DNA of 64,000 nucleotides from Veleropilina oligotropha (Eukaryota), in assembly GCA_048128005.1 (NCBI GenBank), contig JBEUKZ010000075.1, positions 1 through 64,000 on the forward strand. Reading direction: 5' to 3'. Position numbers and translations under genes: made by a program. Under the pieces are notes generated by a model that saw only the letters and a list, made by a program, of their open reading frames with translations, ran no database searches and had not been told where the DNA came from. This document shows, piece by piece, positions 1-12,899 of the stretch (position 1 is the first letter of the stretch; every line of letters begins with the position of its first letter).

Positions 1-568
1 ACAAAATATACGATTATTTTGGTATTCGAGATAGTGCAGATATGATGGTCACCTGGTGTTTGCGATGGATGATCATGTATCCAATATACTTATCTTTGCA
101 ATATTTGGCGTCTTTTGAAAATATTATTGCAAAATGCACTCGACACCAGAAAATATTCGATTGTATCATGTCGAACTCTTATGATTTATAATTTTAAGAA
201 GTCACATTTTCCCGTACATTGATTATGATATATGTTTTTGATATATGACACAGTCCATTAATCTACCACTAGTCGGCGACAATGTATGGAAACATCTGTT
301 GCGGAGGCCGGCGACAAAGGCTGTGCAGGAACTACATGTTTAGCCATTCTTCGATTACCATTATTATGCTCAAAGCAAATGAATAGTATTATCTTGTCTA
401 TTCATTATAAAACAAATTACCAGGATCGCTTTGCATACACCAAATTTAAATGTTATAATATTGCAGTTACATATAACCAATTTTGTTCGATTTAAGTCAT
501 TGTTATTAAAACACAGCCGTCATGTTTTTCTTTGCTTAAACTATCCATTCTTTTTCAGGAATGGGGAG

Positions 569-1895
569 TAAAGCTGACATTCCATATATGCGGCAACGGC
601 ATCCGGAAATAATCGAAATCGTCATTTAATGAAGGAGAGATTCCATATATATGCGTCAGGCAACGGCATCCGGCAAAACGATGCCGTTGCCGCAGGGTTA
701 CCGGACGGGGAATTCCACAATATGGCGTAATTTTATGGGCTTCCCAGTCTTTCGGCGCCAAATTAAACCGACAACAGAACCTGATAAAAGGTTTATTCTC
801 ACTTGTCCCACTTTCAATTTGTCCGATTGCAGTGAGTACGTAATCAAGAAACTATTGTCTGTTGAACTTTATTCCATTGGCTATAGATTATATAAGAAAT
901 ATAATGAAATTGGCGAATTGCATCTGGGACCCTTAATAGTAGTCCTAAATTACATGCATTTAGAAGTTGATATTTTGTTATTTTTATGTCGGGCGACGTT
1001 TTGATCTGCCGACTTTTGCGGTCATGTATCAAAAGATCTACAACCGATGCTTTCGTGCCAGTCGGAGGAACACAATCGCTTACAAATCGGCCGAGCGTCC
1101 GCCAATCATCTGTAGAGAGTCGACCGATGCTTTGTGAAGTCGGCCAACTTCGCAGAGCATCGGTCGACGCTCGCCCGACGATCCCCAGTCCGTACATCAG
1201 TTGTACAGCTTTGTCTAGGGAAATCCTTTACAATTTGAGTCGCACAACAGCTGAAAATGGGTCCGAGAAAGCCCGAGTGTCGCACGAGCGTCGCGTAAGG
1301 GTCTGGCGATCTGTAAACGATTAAGAATTTCTCAAAACAATGTGCCAAGCGTCGGATAATTATAATTCAGGCCGACAGTGCAACGACAGGTCGGTAGACA
1401 CCGAAAAAATGCACGATGCTCGCCCGAATCGGCCGACTATCCCCCGAGAATCCCCCGAATGTGCAAAATTTGGGAAATGTTGGGAAATGTGACTGGGCTA
1501 TAAGCAAGAGAAATGTAGGCCTATATCATTATGTCACAATATTTGTCTTTTTCATCAATGATTTTATATGTTGAACTATGTCCCCAACGATAATAATACT
1601 AGTAATCTATAGTAACGATAGTTTTATTTATTTTCGCTACTACATGGTGATGAAGAACTAAGGTCTTGGTCCAACAGACATTGCTGGACCAAAATATTTC
1701 GATCCATCTCTGTGAGAAGTTGGCTGCCAAAACAACGTCGCGCGTGTTGGCCGTGTATATATAATGGTGCAAATCGGACGTTGCCGCATGCCGTTGCCGG
1801 ATTGCCGCAGGCTATTTCCGCATATATCATGGAATGCCAGCTTTAATGCCTGATGCCAGATGCCGTTGTCGCATATATATGGAATGCTATCTTTA
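569..1895. mobile_element. Non-autonomous TIR DNA transposon (possibly Harbinger-like), decayed, probably with nested repeats
   Basis: Left end taaagctgacattccatatatgcggcaacggcatc matches the reverse complement of the right end gatgccgttgtcgcatatatatggaatgctatcttta; subterminal gcaacggcatc/gatgccgttgc repeats; no coding capacity seen. Confidence 0.5.
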
Positions 1896-3797
1896 TATTG
1901 AATAGTTCTCCTTTGTTAAGTGAACAATAGGGTGTGAAATCTGGGGCGGGTTGTATAGCGACAGCGCTGGAGAGCCGTTACGTAATCGTCAATAATCGCT
2001 ATCCAGCGCTGCCACTTTTCAACCCACGCCAGATATCTATTCCGTGCAATTAATCCAAAATGTTTAAATTCAACTGAAATGATATGATGATCACAACTCT
2101 GTTAAACATTTGTTACAATAACGAACATTGTGTAGATTTCCGTAGTAATAGTATCGTCGTAAGCACTTGTTGTTACGAGCAGAGGATGAAATACCATGCC
2201 GTAAAGTAAATCAAGAATGTGGAAATCCGGCTGAAATGACATCTCTGCTAAACATTCAATATGATAGCGCACATTTATTTTTATATATTTCCTTTGTGTC
2301 ATCGTAAACACTTGTTGTTGCGAACAGAGGATGAAATACCATACCATAAAGTAAATCCAGATTGTTAAATCAAGCTGAAATGACATATCTTTGTTAAATT
2401 TCGATAACGCATAATTTGTATATTCCCATTGGACTGTTGCAATAACTTGATTAACGCATTAAAAAATCCCGCGTATCGCTTTTAAACTCGTGTTAGAAAT
2501 CATAATAGTAAATCCATAAGCGATATTTCCACATCCGAACGCTCTATGAGCTTCAACTGACTAACACGTGCTAAAAATGTGTTAATAAGGTACATATAGC
2601 TTCAATATTAGTGGTCAAATGACCACTGTAATTGTACAACGCATGCGAATCATTCATTTCGCGTCAGATTTTACATGAATTATCCATGAAGGCGCAATTG
2701 ACATGGAACCAATTAAGCTTCTAGTCATTGTTAACAACCTATTGCATCTTGAAAGGGTGCATAGTTGGTTTTTGGCTGTGTTTTAAGTTTCGGAATGTCT
2801 TCGCAACTCTCCAATTCCTTAAAAAGAATGTATCTCGGCTCCTCCGGGGCCTCGTCTCCATTCTCTTTTAAGGAATGGGGAGTTGCTTGGACATTCCGTT
2901 AAGGGACAAAGGCCGTTTTCCGACGCTCTAACCAGTTGAGCTATCGAGGACGGTGGCTGATCCCGATCATCAGCGAAGAGAACAGTCATCTTGTTTAATG
3001 AAGATCCTAGATAGTTCATAGTGTTTTTGTCCAGTGAGATAAAGAACATTTTGAGCCCAGTTTGAACATTGTACGAAGAAGATTTTTAACCGAAAATTCA
3101 TTAACCTGAAATTGCGTCATAAAATATGAATTCGGATTACGATACGGATCTTTTTCGATGAGGATCTAACTAGGCTTCACCCTACCTAATTTAAAAATTT
3201 CAATTAAATCGGATCAATATAACCCTGTCTACTTTGTTTAAATACCACTGACATTGTGTTATATAGATATACAAATAGAAATATGATATAAGGCAGATAT
3301 AAGACCATTGGTGAACCCAATTTTTATGTCGTACTCTTTTGATGAGAAACACATCGCAGCTGTTGATGCGAACGGCCGAGATGTCTGGGTGTTGTGCATT
3401 CTTCGATAAATTGATTTGACATAAATCATGCTGATGGCTTCCGATCAATCGCTACCGAATGGCAGAAGAGGTGACAAGGTGTGTTTTCTCCTCAATTCGA
3501 GCATACGTTTATTTGAGCGAGCGACCGCATGGTGTAATAAGGATCCATGAAGTTTTAACATTATAGTTAAATAGATGATGACGATGTAGGAATTTGGGGT
3601 TTAGCTGTTTGACATTCCTCATCTTCTTCTTTTTCCTGTATTATGCAACCTCGATAGGTTCGAAGACGGTGCACAGTGAAAGGTGAATGGTTAGTAGAGA
3701 AATTAAATGTCCACACAATAAAACAGGCGCCAAGAGTATATACAGGCTAGTGTTGTGACATTGTAATATGGGATTTGAAACGTGTTGACAGCCTCAT

Positions 3798-6644
3798 AGT
3801 AGTATATGGGTCTCTTTGAGGGCAAATGACCTCATACCTATGTTGCAAGGTGTGTTGCAATACCTGTGACGTAGTTAGGTATAGGTATGACGTCATATCT
3901 ATGTTGTATACTAGATAATTATACCCCCAGATGAGTCATACATGTGTTTATGAATACCTGTGTACTAGATAATTATAGCCTCAGATGAGTCATACATGGG
4001 TATACCTGTGTAGGGTATTAACCGCACTGGTGCCAGTCGCTCCCCCCCCCTCTAGGGATCCGTTGTATAGGAGATATTACACGGGTAGACCCATTCGGTG
4101 CCTTATATGACGAGGTACACCTATGATATATTACATGGGTAGACCCATTCGGTGCCTTATATGACGCAGTACACCTATGATATATTACACGGGTAGACCC
4201 ATTCAGTGTCCTATATGACGAGGTACCCATGTAATGTGCACGTATTTGTGACGTAGTAGGAAATACCTAATATGCGCAATAGAACTTCCCCATCTTCCAA
4301 ATCTTGTCAACTAAACATGTCAACACATGGCTATTTACTATAGGAAATGCGATATCCTGTATCTTGTGGCAGTAATAGTACAGCAGGCGACTAGCTTCTA
4401 CTACAGGAAACGTGATATCCGGCTCATTCTCACAATAATATCGGATATACATATTCATAAACTTGATTGGGTCAGTTTTACCACACAAACCACGTATGGT
4501 AGCCATGCAGGTGGTTCGAACCCACGGTTGTTAAAACACTATATTGTATTGTTTGAACTACGTCATATACACAAAATGATACATACAGCATTACCCATAT
4601 CTCAATGGGTTCGAATCCCATGTGTCAAGTTTTGAGAACAATTAAACTGATATATACAATCCACCATGTTTGACTAGCCTACAGGATGCTAATTTGAAAC
4701 TGGTATGTAAGAACGGATGCTAGCAGTATCTGATGTCCACAAAACCACCATCAGATAGCCAGATGGTTCTAACCCACGGTTGTACCGAAACGTAAAAGAC
4801 AACACATCTGAACACGTATTGATCAAAATGACGATGAGGACTTTTTACAGTTGTACTATGGTAGTTATGGACCGGTAGCCACACAGGTGGTTCGAATCTA
4901 CGGATAATGTACTGTACTTGGAAGATGTGCTTTACATATATATATTGGCAGTTTATAACAACATAGAACACACAAATCACAGTAGAATTTGCCACGCAGG
5001 TGGTTCGAACCTATGGATAATGTACTGTACTTGGAAGATGTGCTTTACATATATATATTGGTAGTTTATAACAACATAGAACACACAAATCACGCTTTCG
5101 GGCCGGTAGCCATGCAGATGATTGTTAACAATTTGACAGTTCTAAACATATAGGAGTGGGTTATATACATACCTATCGTTACGTAGTGATAATGAAGTTT
5201 CTCATATCCGTCATGTGTTTGACAACTAATTAAACATATAGAGCAGGCACATTTCACCAAATGGAACTAGCATTAATGCAGGCAGGAAGCAATCGTATCT
5301 TGTTTCCAGCTGGTTTTATGTGTCTTCATAACGGAAGTTTGGTGCACAATAGCATGTGTACATGGAAATGGGTCATTTAATAACTAAAATGTATTGAGGT
5401 ATTTCAAACATACATGAATACAAACCACCCAGTTTATAATGTCCGTATTATCATGGGAAAATGACCAGCTCCACACAGCCCTGGTTTGAACCCACTACTG
5501 ACAGCGAAGTCAAGTCTGTTTGAAGTCTGATACCTCTGTATTGTCAAAGGGTCCTTTATATAAGTGACAACCAGGACTGTTAAACATTGCAGCAGTGGTG
5601 GTGTGTGACCGCGGCGGGTGGAAGATGTGACCGCGGCAGTGGAAGGGGTGACCGCAGCAGTGGAGGAGAGCTCAGAAAGACAGACAAGAAACATCAACCA
5701 TATGTATTTTTATTCATATTATTACATTATTAATAAGGAAGCCATTTCAACATAGACAACTGAGGCACATGCACATATATAAGGAACAACCATGACTGAT
5801 AAACCTTGCAGCGGCAGGTGGAAGGTGTGACCGCGGCAGGTGGAGGTGTGGCCGCGGCAGTGGAAGGTGACTGATAAACCTAGCAGTGGAGGTGGAGGTG
5901 TGGCCGCGGCAGTGGAGGGTGTGACCGCGGCAGTGGAAGGTGACTGATAAACCTATCAGTGGAGGTGTAGGGGTGGGCGCGGCAGGTGGAAGGTGTGACC
6001 GCGGCAGTGGAAGGGGTGACCGCAGCAGTGGAGAGCTCAGAAAGACAGACAATAAACATCAAACATATGTATTTTTATTCATATTATTACATTATTAATA
6101 AGGAAGCCATTTAAATGGCAGATGTTTACAACGACAATGATATTTTCTGGAAAATATTTCTTGGCACGTAGGACAATGCACACGTTTTGGTGCAGACTGA
6201 GATGGAGATTGGGTTGTTACGACATCTACATGCTTATTCTTAAAGTGTCTTAACATGGCATCCTTTCTAGAAAATTTTACATTACAAACAGGGCAAATTA
6301 TTAATAGGGTAGCCATTTAAAAATCGCAATTCTTTCTCCGGGTGGTCCCTTGTACGATGATTTGACAATCACAGGTGCTTTCAATGTTTTTTCAACGTTT
6401 TATATGTGTCTCCAGGAGGTCCCTCGTTCGATGGTTTGACAATCACTGGTGCTTTCAATGTCTTTTCAATTATTTTATTTCTTCTAAAGACCCTTTTTTC
6501 CTATATATATGCCATCCAAGCATCTGTTTTGTGGGTAAGGAGTATATGAACTGACTTTACCATCATATAAATCTTTGTATATTTGATCGCATTGTCCTGG
6601 CACGCTAACATACAATTTTCCTGACATGTTTAAAATGAAGTGTC
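3798..6644 (+). repeat. Left TIR arm of the defective Maverick
   Basis: Near-identical reverse complement of 8407-11339 (mirrored ORFs in the track, e.g. 4267-4506 vs 10632-10871); contains 54-bp tandem units (~4074-4230) and GC-rich ~21-bp units (~5590-6035). Confidence 0.95.
6095..6316 (-). CDS. C2H2 zinc-finger ORF, left-arm copy with a 4-aa deletion in finger 2
   Basis: CPVC-x12-H-x4-H first finger intact; second finger reads RKYHCRCKH versus RKYHMRVHCRRKH in the right-arm copy. Confidence 0.55.
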   Translation of the reverse strand: MATLLIICPVCNVKFSRKDAMLRHFKNKHVDVVTTQSPSQSAPKRVHCPTCQEIFSRKYHCRCKHLPFKWLPY

Positions 6645-7073
6645 GCTGCTCCGAAGACAAGAAAAGGACTGAAAATCATATTTATTGGTCAGTACATGAA
6701 AACCATATCATGGCTGATTCAATGAAGACACCCTTTTATGTGACGAAAAATCGCTCCGAAGACAAGAAAAGGACTGAAAATCATATTTATTGGTCAGTAA
6801 TGAGACAGATGGAGATGACCTTGTCAGAAGATGGCTGTTTAAATTATTTTAATATTGTTTATCATCGGAAATCTTGTTGCTGTATTGAATGTTCAGCAGA
6901 ACGTCTATGTATATTAAGCCATCAACAGTAATTACATTTTTATCAACCATGCTATTGCATACTGTATCCACGTATGGATAAATGAATATGGTGTGTGTGT
7001 GTGTGCATGTGATGTGACTACAATAGGATCACCATGTCGTCGTATATATATTTGATCGAATTTTGAGTGGACA

Positions 7074-7074
<1 letters not shown>

Positions 7075-7121
<47 letters not shown>
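7075..7121. repeat. (TA)n microsatellite inside the Maverick core
   Basis: Direct reading. Confidence 0.95.
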
Positions 7122-7124
<3 letters not shown>

Positions 7125-7549
7125 CGACAGACTGTATGTCTGTGTTACCTATAGTGTACTCAAGGCGCAGTATATGATCGTACTGTATAGTGTATTGTAT
7201 CCATAAAGCACACAAGTATTATTCGTAGTATCAGCTATGGTTTGACCACCTGTACTGTATCCAGTATTTACTCTGTACGATGTCGTGCCAAGCGGATTTT
7301 TCCAATGATTGCTGTGGCGCAAGTGGCGTCCATTAAGTCGGGAAGAGTTATCTATCTTTGTGCCTATATCAGCTGTGCCTATATTGGGTTCGATCCCCGG
7401 TGGGGGGTCCAGTTCAGCACTGTATTATCACCATATAAATTCTCATTACCAGGACATATTATCAAACCCCTGTGTGCATTTCACGCTGATAAACAAACAC
7501 ATCGTGTACACATTTGTTTTGCTTGCTCTAAAAATAATTTGTCCACATA

Positions 7550-8011
7550 TTGACTTGTACAAACACATTGGTGGGAAAACACATTACAAAAGCTAATTAT
7601 GCAGAAAGAGTGATTAAAACATTAAAGGGGATGATGTACAGATACTTCACATCAAAACAGACCTACAGATACATCGACGTATTACAAGAATTGGTGTTGA
7701 GTTACAACAACAGGCCTCACAGATCATTAGGTCAATGGATGCCGGGTAACATAAACAAACAAAATGAAGACGAAGCCAGGTACGTGATGTATCTATCAAA
7801 GAAAGTGGTCAGGAAATACAAGTTTAACGTGGGTGGCAAAGTGAGAATATCTCATCTCAAAAGACCTTTTCTACGTGATTATCAACAAAAATGGTCTGAA
7901 GAACTGTTTATTATCGAACGTAGATATAAAAGACAGGGAAAGGTGTTTATTAAATGGATAGGTTGGCCGGTCAAGTTCAATTCGTGGATCCCAGAGGTCG
8001 ATATACAGTGA
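7550..8011 (+). pseudogene. 5'-truncated Maverick retroviral-like integrase (C-terminal core plus chromodomain-like tail)
   Basis: KANYAERVIKTLK...RYIDVLQELVLSYNNRPHRSLG...KFNVGGKVRIS...WSEELF is the Maverick integrase C-terminal pattern; VFIKWIGWPVKFNSWI is chromodomain-like; the first two catalytic Asp residues are absent. Confidence 0.85.
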
Positions 8012-8014
8012 AAA

Positions 8015-8446
8015 ATGCGTCGCTTGCATCATTTCAGCATGAGCCTCTGCATGGTGCTGACGTCTACTGACAGCTCCGATTACTTTGAAAATACGCCCTA
8101 TGATTTTCGCGTGCAATTGAATAGAGAAGTGAAATTTGATGGTCAATGGTCTGTGGCATTAACGGAATTTTCGAGGAAAAAGTCCAAATTCAGAAGAGAT
8201 CTATACGTATTTTTCGATGCATGTACAGAAAGTTTTGTTGGAGGCAAAGAGGTGCCATTATTAAGACGCGTTACAAATAGCAGTTCTGTAATATATCAAA
8301 ATCCATATTATATTCCGTTGAAGCAGAGTAGTTTGCACCACATCCATTTGTATATAAAAGATGTTAATGACAACAAGGCTTCATTTCTGAATGAAACAGT
8401 GATGGTGACACTTCATTTTAAACATGTCAGGAAAATTGTATGTTAG
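8015..8446 (+). CDS. Short Maverick minor capsid (penton-like) protein
   Basis: LTSTDSSDYFENTPYDFRVQLNREVKFDGQWSVALTEF N-terminus and PLLRRV...YQNPYYIPL...IHLYIKD...VTLHFK C-terminus resemble Polinton minor capsid proteins. Confidence 0.7.
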   Translation: MRRLHHFSMSLCMVLTSTDSSDYFENTPYDFRVQLNREVKFDGQWSVALTEFSRKKSKFRRDLYVFFDACTESFVGGKEVPLLRRVTNSSSVIYQNPYYIPLKQSSLHHIHLYIKDVNDNKASFLNETVMVTLHFKHVRKIVC

Positions 8447-11339
8447 CGTGCCAGGACAATGCGATCAAATATACAAAGATTTATACGATGGTAAAGTCAG
8501 TTCATATACTCCTTACCCACAAAACAGATGCTTGGATGGCATATATATAGGAAAAAGGGGTCTTTAGAAGAAATAAAATAATTGAAAAGACATTGAAAGC
8601 ACCAGTGATTGTCAAACCATCGAACGAGGGACCTCCTGGAGACACATATAAAACGTTGAAAAAACATTGAAAGCACCTGTGATTGTCAAATCATCGTACA
8701 AGGGACCACCCGGAGAAAGAATTGCGATTTTTAAATGGCTACCCTATTAATAATTTGCCCTGTTTGTAATGTAAAATTTTCTAGAAAGGATGCCATGTTA
8801 AGACACTTTAAGAATAAGCATGTAGATGTCGTAACAACCCAATCCCCATCTCAGTCTGCACCAAAACGTGTGCATTGTCCTACGTGCCAAGAAATATTTT
8901 CCAGAAAATATCATATGAGAGTGCATTGTCGTCGTAAACATCCGCCATTTAAATGGCTTCCTTATTAATAATGTAATAATATGAATAAAAATACATATGT
9001 TTGATGTTTATTGTCTGTCTTTCTGAGCTCTCCACTGCTGCGGTCACCCCTTCCACTGCCGCGGTCACACCTTCAACCTGCCGCGGCCACCCCTCCACCT
9101 CCACTGCTAGGTTTATCAGTCACCTTCCACTGCCGCGGCCACACCTCCACCTGCTGCGGTCACACCTCCACCTCCACTACTAGGTTTATCAGTCACCTTC
9201 CACTGCTGCGGTCACACCCTCCACTGCCGCGGCCACACCTCCACCTCCACTGCTAGGTTTATCAGTCACCTTCCACTGCCGCGGCCACACCTCCACCTGC
9301 CGCAGTCACACCTTCCACCTGCTGCTGCAAGGTTTATCAGTCATGGTTGTCCCTTATAAATGTGCATGTGCCTCAGTTGTCTATGTTGAAATGGCTTCCT
9401 TATTAATAATGTAATAATATGAATAAAAATACATATGGTTGATGTTTCTTGTCTGTCTTTCTGAGCTCTCCTCCACTGCTGCGGTCACCCCTTCCACTGC
9501 CGCGGTCACATCTTCCACCCGCCGCGGTCACACACCACCACTGCTGCAATGTTTAACAGTCCTGGTTGTCACTTATATAAAGGACCCTTTGACAATACAG
9601 AGGTATTGGACTTCAAACAGACTTGACTTCGCTGTCAGTAGTGGGTTCAAACCAGGGCTGTGTGGAGCTGGTCGTTTTCCCATGATAATACGGACATTAT
9701 AAACTGGGTGGTTTGTATTCATGTATGTTTGAAATACCTCAATACATTTTAGTTATTAAATGACCCATTTCCATGTACACATGCTATTGTGCACCAAACT
9801 TCCGTTATGAAGACACATAAAACCAGCTGGAAACAAGATACGATTGCTTCCTGCCTGCATTAATGCTAGTTCCATTTGGTGAAATTTGCCTGCTCTATAT
9901 GTTTAATTAGTTGTCAAACACATGACGGATATGAGAAACTTCATTATCACTACGTAACGATAGGTATGTATATAACCCACTCCTATATGTTTAGAACTGT
10001 CAAATTGTTAACAATCATCTGCGTGGCTACTGGCCCAAAAGCGTGATTTGTGTGTTCTATGTTGTTATAAACTACCAATATATATATGTAAAGCACATCT
10101 TCCACGTACAGTACATTATCCGTAGGTTCGAACCACCTGCGTGGCAAATTCTACTGTGATTTGTGTGTTCTATGTTGTTATAAACTGCCAATATATATAT
10201 GTAAACCACATCTTCCAAGTACAGTACATTATCCGTAGGTTCGAACCACCTGTGTGGCTACCAGTCCATAACTACTATAGTACAACTGTAAAAAGTCCTC
10301 ATCGTCATTTTGATCAATACGTGTTCAGATGCGTTATGTCTTTTACGTTTCGGTACAACCGTGGGTTAGAACCATCTGGCTATCTGATGGTGGTTTTGTG
10401 GACATCAGATACTGCTAGCATCCGTTCTTACATACCAGTTTCAAATTAGCATCCTGTAGGCTAGTCAAACATGGTGGATTGTATATATCAGTTTAATTGT
10501 TCTCAAAACTTGACACATGGGATTCGAACCCATTGAGATATGGGTAATGCTGTATGTATCATTTTGTGTATATGACGTAGTTCAAACAATACAATATAGT
10601 GTTTTAACAACCATGGGTTCGAACCACCTGCGTGGCTACCATACGTGGTTTGTGTGTTAAAACTGACCCAATCAAGTTTATGAATATGTATATCCAATAT
10701 TATTGCGAGAATGAGCCGGATATCACGTTTCCTGTAGTAGAAGCTAGTCGCCTGCTGTACTATTACTGCCACAAGATACAGGATATCGCATTTCCTATAG
10801 TAAATAGCCATGTGTTGACATGTTTAGTTGACAAGATTTGGAAGATGGGGAAGTTCTATTGCGCATATTAGGTATTTCCTACTACGTCACAAATACGTGC
10901 ACATTACATGGGTACCTCGTCATATAGGACACTGAATGGGTCTACCCGTGTAATATATCATAGGTGTACCGCGTCATATAAGGCACCGAATGGGTCTACC
11001 CATGTAATATATCATACGTGTACCTCGTCATATAAGGCACCGAATGGGTCTACCCATGTAATATCTCCTATACAACGGATCCCTAGAGGGGGGGGAGCGA
11101 CTGGCACCAGTGCGGTTAATACCCTACACAGGTATACCCATGTATGACTCATCTGAGGCTATAATTATCTAGTACACAGGTATTCATAAACACATGTATG
11201 ACTCATCTGGGGGTATAATTATCTAGTGTACAACATAGATATGACGTCATACCTATACCTAACTACGTCACAGGTATTGCAACACACCTTGCAACATAGG
11301 TATGAGGTCATTTGCCCTCAAAGAGACCCATATACTACT
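8407..11339 (-). repeat. Right TIR arm of the defective Maverick
   Basis: Reverse complement of 3798-6644; about 86 bp longer, mainly from extra GC-rich tandem units near 9100-9250. Confidence 0.95.
8735..8968 (+). CDS. 77-aa protein with two C2H2 zinc fingers, inside the TIR
   Basis: CPVCNVKFSRKDAMLRHFKNKH and CPTCQEIFSRKYHMRVHCRRKH; ATG in aaATGg context; AATAAA about 15 nt after the stop. Confidence 0.7.
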   Translation: MATLLIICPVCNVKFSRKDAMLRHFKNKHVDVVTTQSPSQSAPKRVHCPTCQEIFSRKYHMRVHCRRKHPPFKWLPY

Positions 11340-12899
11340 CCTCATCCTTCAATGAGTCAGGTGATGAAGACGCCAGTAGGTCCTTCGCCAATTTGTTCCA
11401 ATTCTAGATGGTTCTACGGAAGAAGGAGTTACCATAGGATGCTTTGAACCATTAGCTTTCTTCGTAATGACATCTACGTGATTGTTGAACGTTACCTTGA
11501 AATCGATGCTTATTCCAAAGCATTTCGTCGAGTTTGTTTGCTACAGGTGTTGACCATTATTTGGAATTGTATCAATGCTTTTTGCTTTGTTTAACAACCT
11601 GTCAGGTTAACACCAGGACATGTCAGTATTATCGCGGAAGGAAAGTCCGGTCCCAGGGAAACCGCCTTCCGGTTATTGAACAAAGAATGTCCTAGCAGAG
11701 GTTCGAACGCGCCGTTGTTAGGCAGACCAGCCGAATGAGAGAATTGGAGCGTCCGCGCGGGATGATCATGTATCGAGCATGTGGCACTAATGAGCCTCTG
11801 AATATATGCGGACATTTGTTCCATACTTAGCCCTTGAATAATTCGTGTAGGCCTATTTGATGTCTTCTAAATCTAGGATTATATTTTTTGATATCGGATT
11901 ATGTGAAAAACACGGAAGGTATGAAATTTTTATACTATTATTGTATATAATGTGCCAATTCCAATATAAACATAATTAAAGAAATTCTAATTTTCTTTCA
12001 GTCACCAGCCGATGTAATGTCCAAGCTGAGCATTAGCTAACTGGAAATATTTTTCTTTGCAAACATCAAAAGAAATGCTATATAGGATGATGATAATATT
12101 AATAATAGATCCATATAATTCTTGTCAAAGGTTTGCGGGAATTTGTTTGGAAAAATGAGAGTGCATCTTTAGCCCACAGTTAAAAAAGAAATCGCTCGCA
12201 AAACTGTCAACCAACTTGTCATTTTACTCACGTAATATGCATATGACAAATATCGAAAATTAAAATATACAGTAGGCTTACGTTAACATATTCTTTCAAA
12301 ATCATGCAAAATAATATTTCTGTGTGTGATCAGATCCTGGAGGTGAAGCTGTCTGTGCGTAATTACAAAAACTCAGGAATAACTGCATGTTCGGATTTCA
12401 TTTCAGTCAGAAATGAAGAAGGTTTTCAAGTTTCAGAAAATACAAGTAATATCCGAGGTAAACAGTTGATTTGCTCACAAAAATTGTGCTACAAGATCAT
12501 TGCCAAGTTAACGCCTTTCGAAAAATCTGTAATATAAATTGCAACCCATTTGCAGCACACATTTAATAGCTTCAATGAACATTTATGAACAGTATATATT
12601 TGATCCTTTAATTGTTTTAGTAAAATGTCCGTTTACCCGTTTACACTTCAGGTTTTTGTATGTCTAGAATGCTATTTTGCCGTCTTTTGTTGTTGTCTAA
12701 TGCTATGGTGCTCCAAATTCAAGACAAATAATGTGGATCATTCTCCATTTTTCTAATATGCTAATGTATACATTTTCTTCGCACTTGAGTATACTATTTT
12801 AAGTAAAAATGCATTTAATAAATCATATTTAAAAATGAATATTTGCAGAAATCACAGAGTCAATGGTGCTTTCGCTTCACCTGAATCGGCCTCTCGGCT

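Larger units (their letters stand above)
3798..11339. mobile_element. Defective (non-autonomous) Maverick/Polinton with ~2.85-2.93 kb TIRs
   Basis: Starts AGTAGT and ends ACTACT (typical Polinton termini); 6-bp TSD CCTCAT at 3792-3797 and 11340-11345; internal integrase and penton-like remnants. Confidence 0.93.

Noticed and set aside
4018..6062. Paired ORFs mirrored in both Maverick arms (other than the zinc finger)
   Set aside because: Conservation reflects the inverted duplication only; no recognisable domains.
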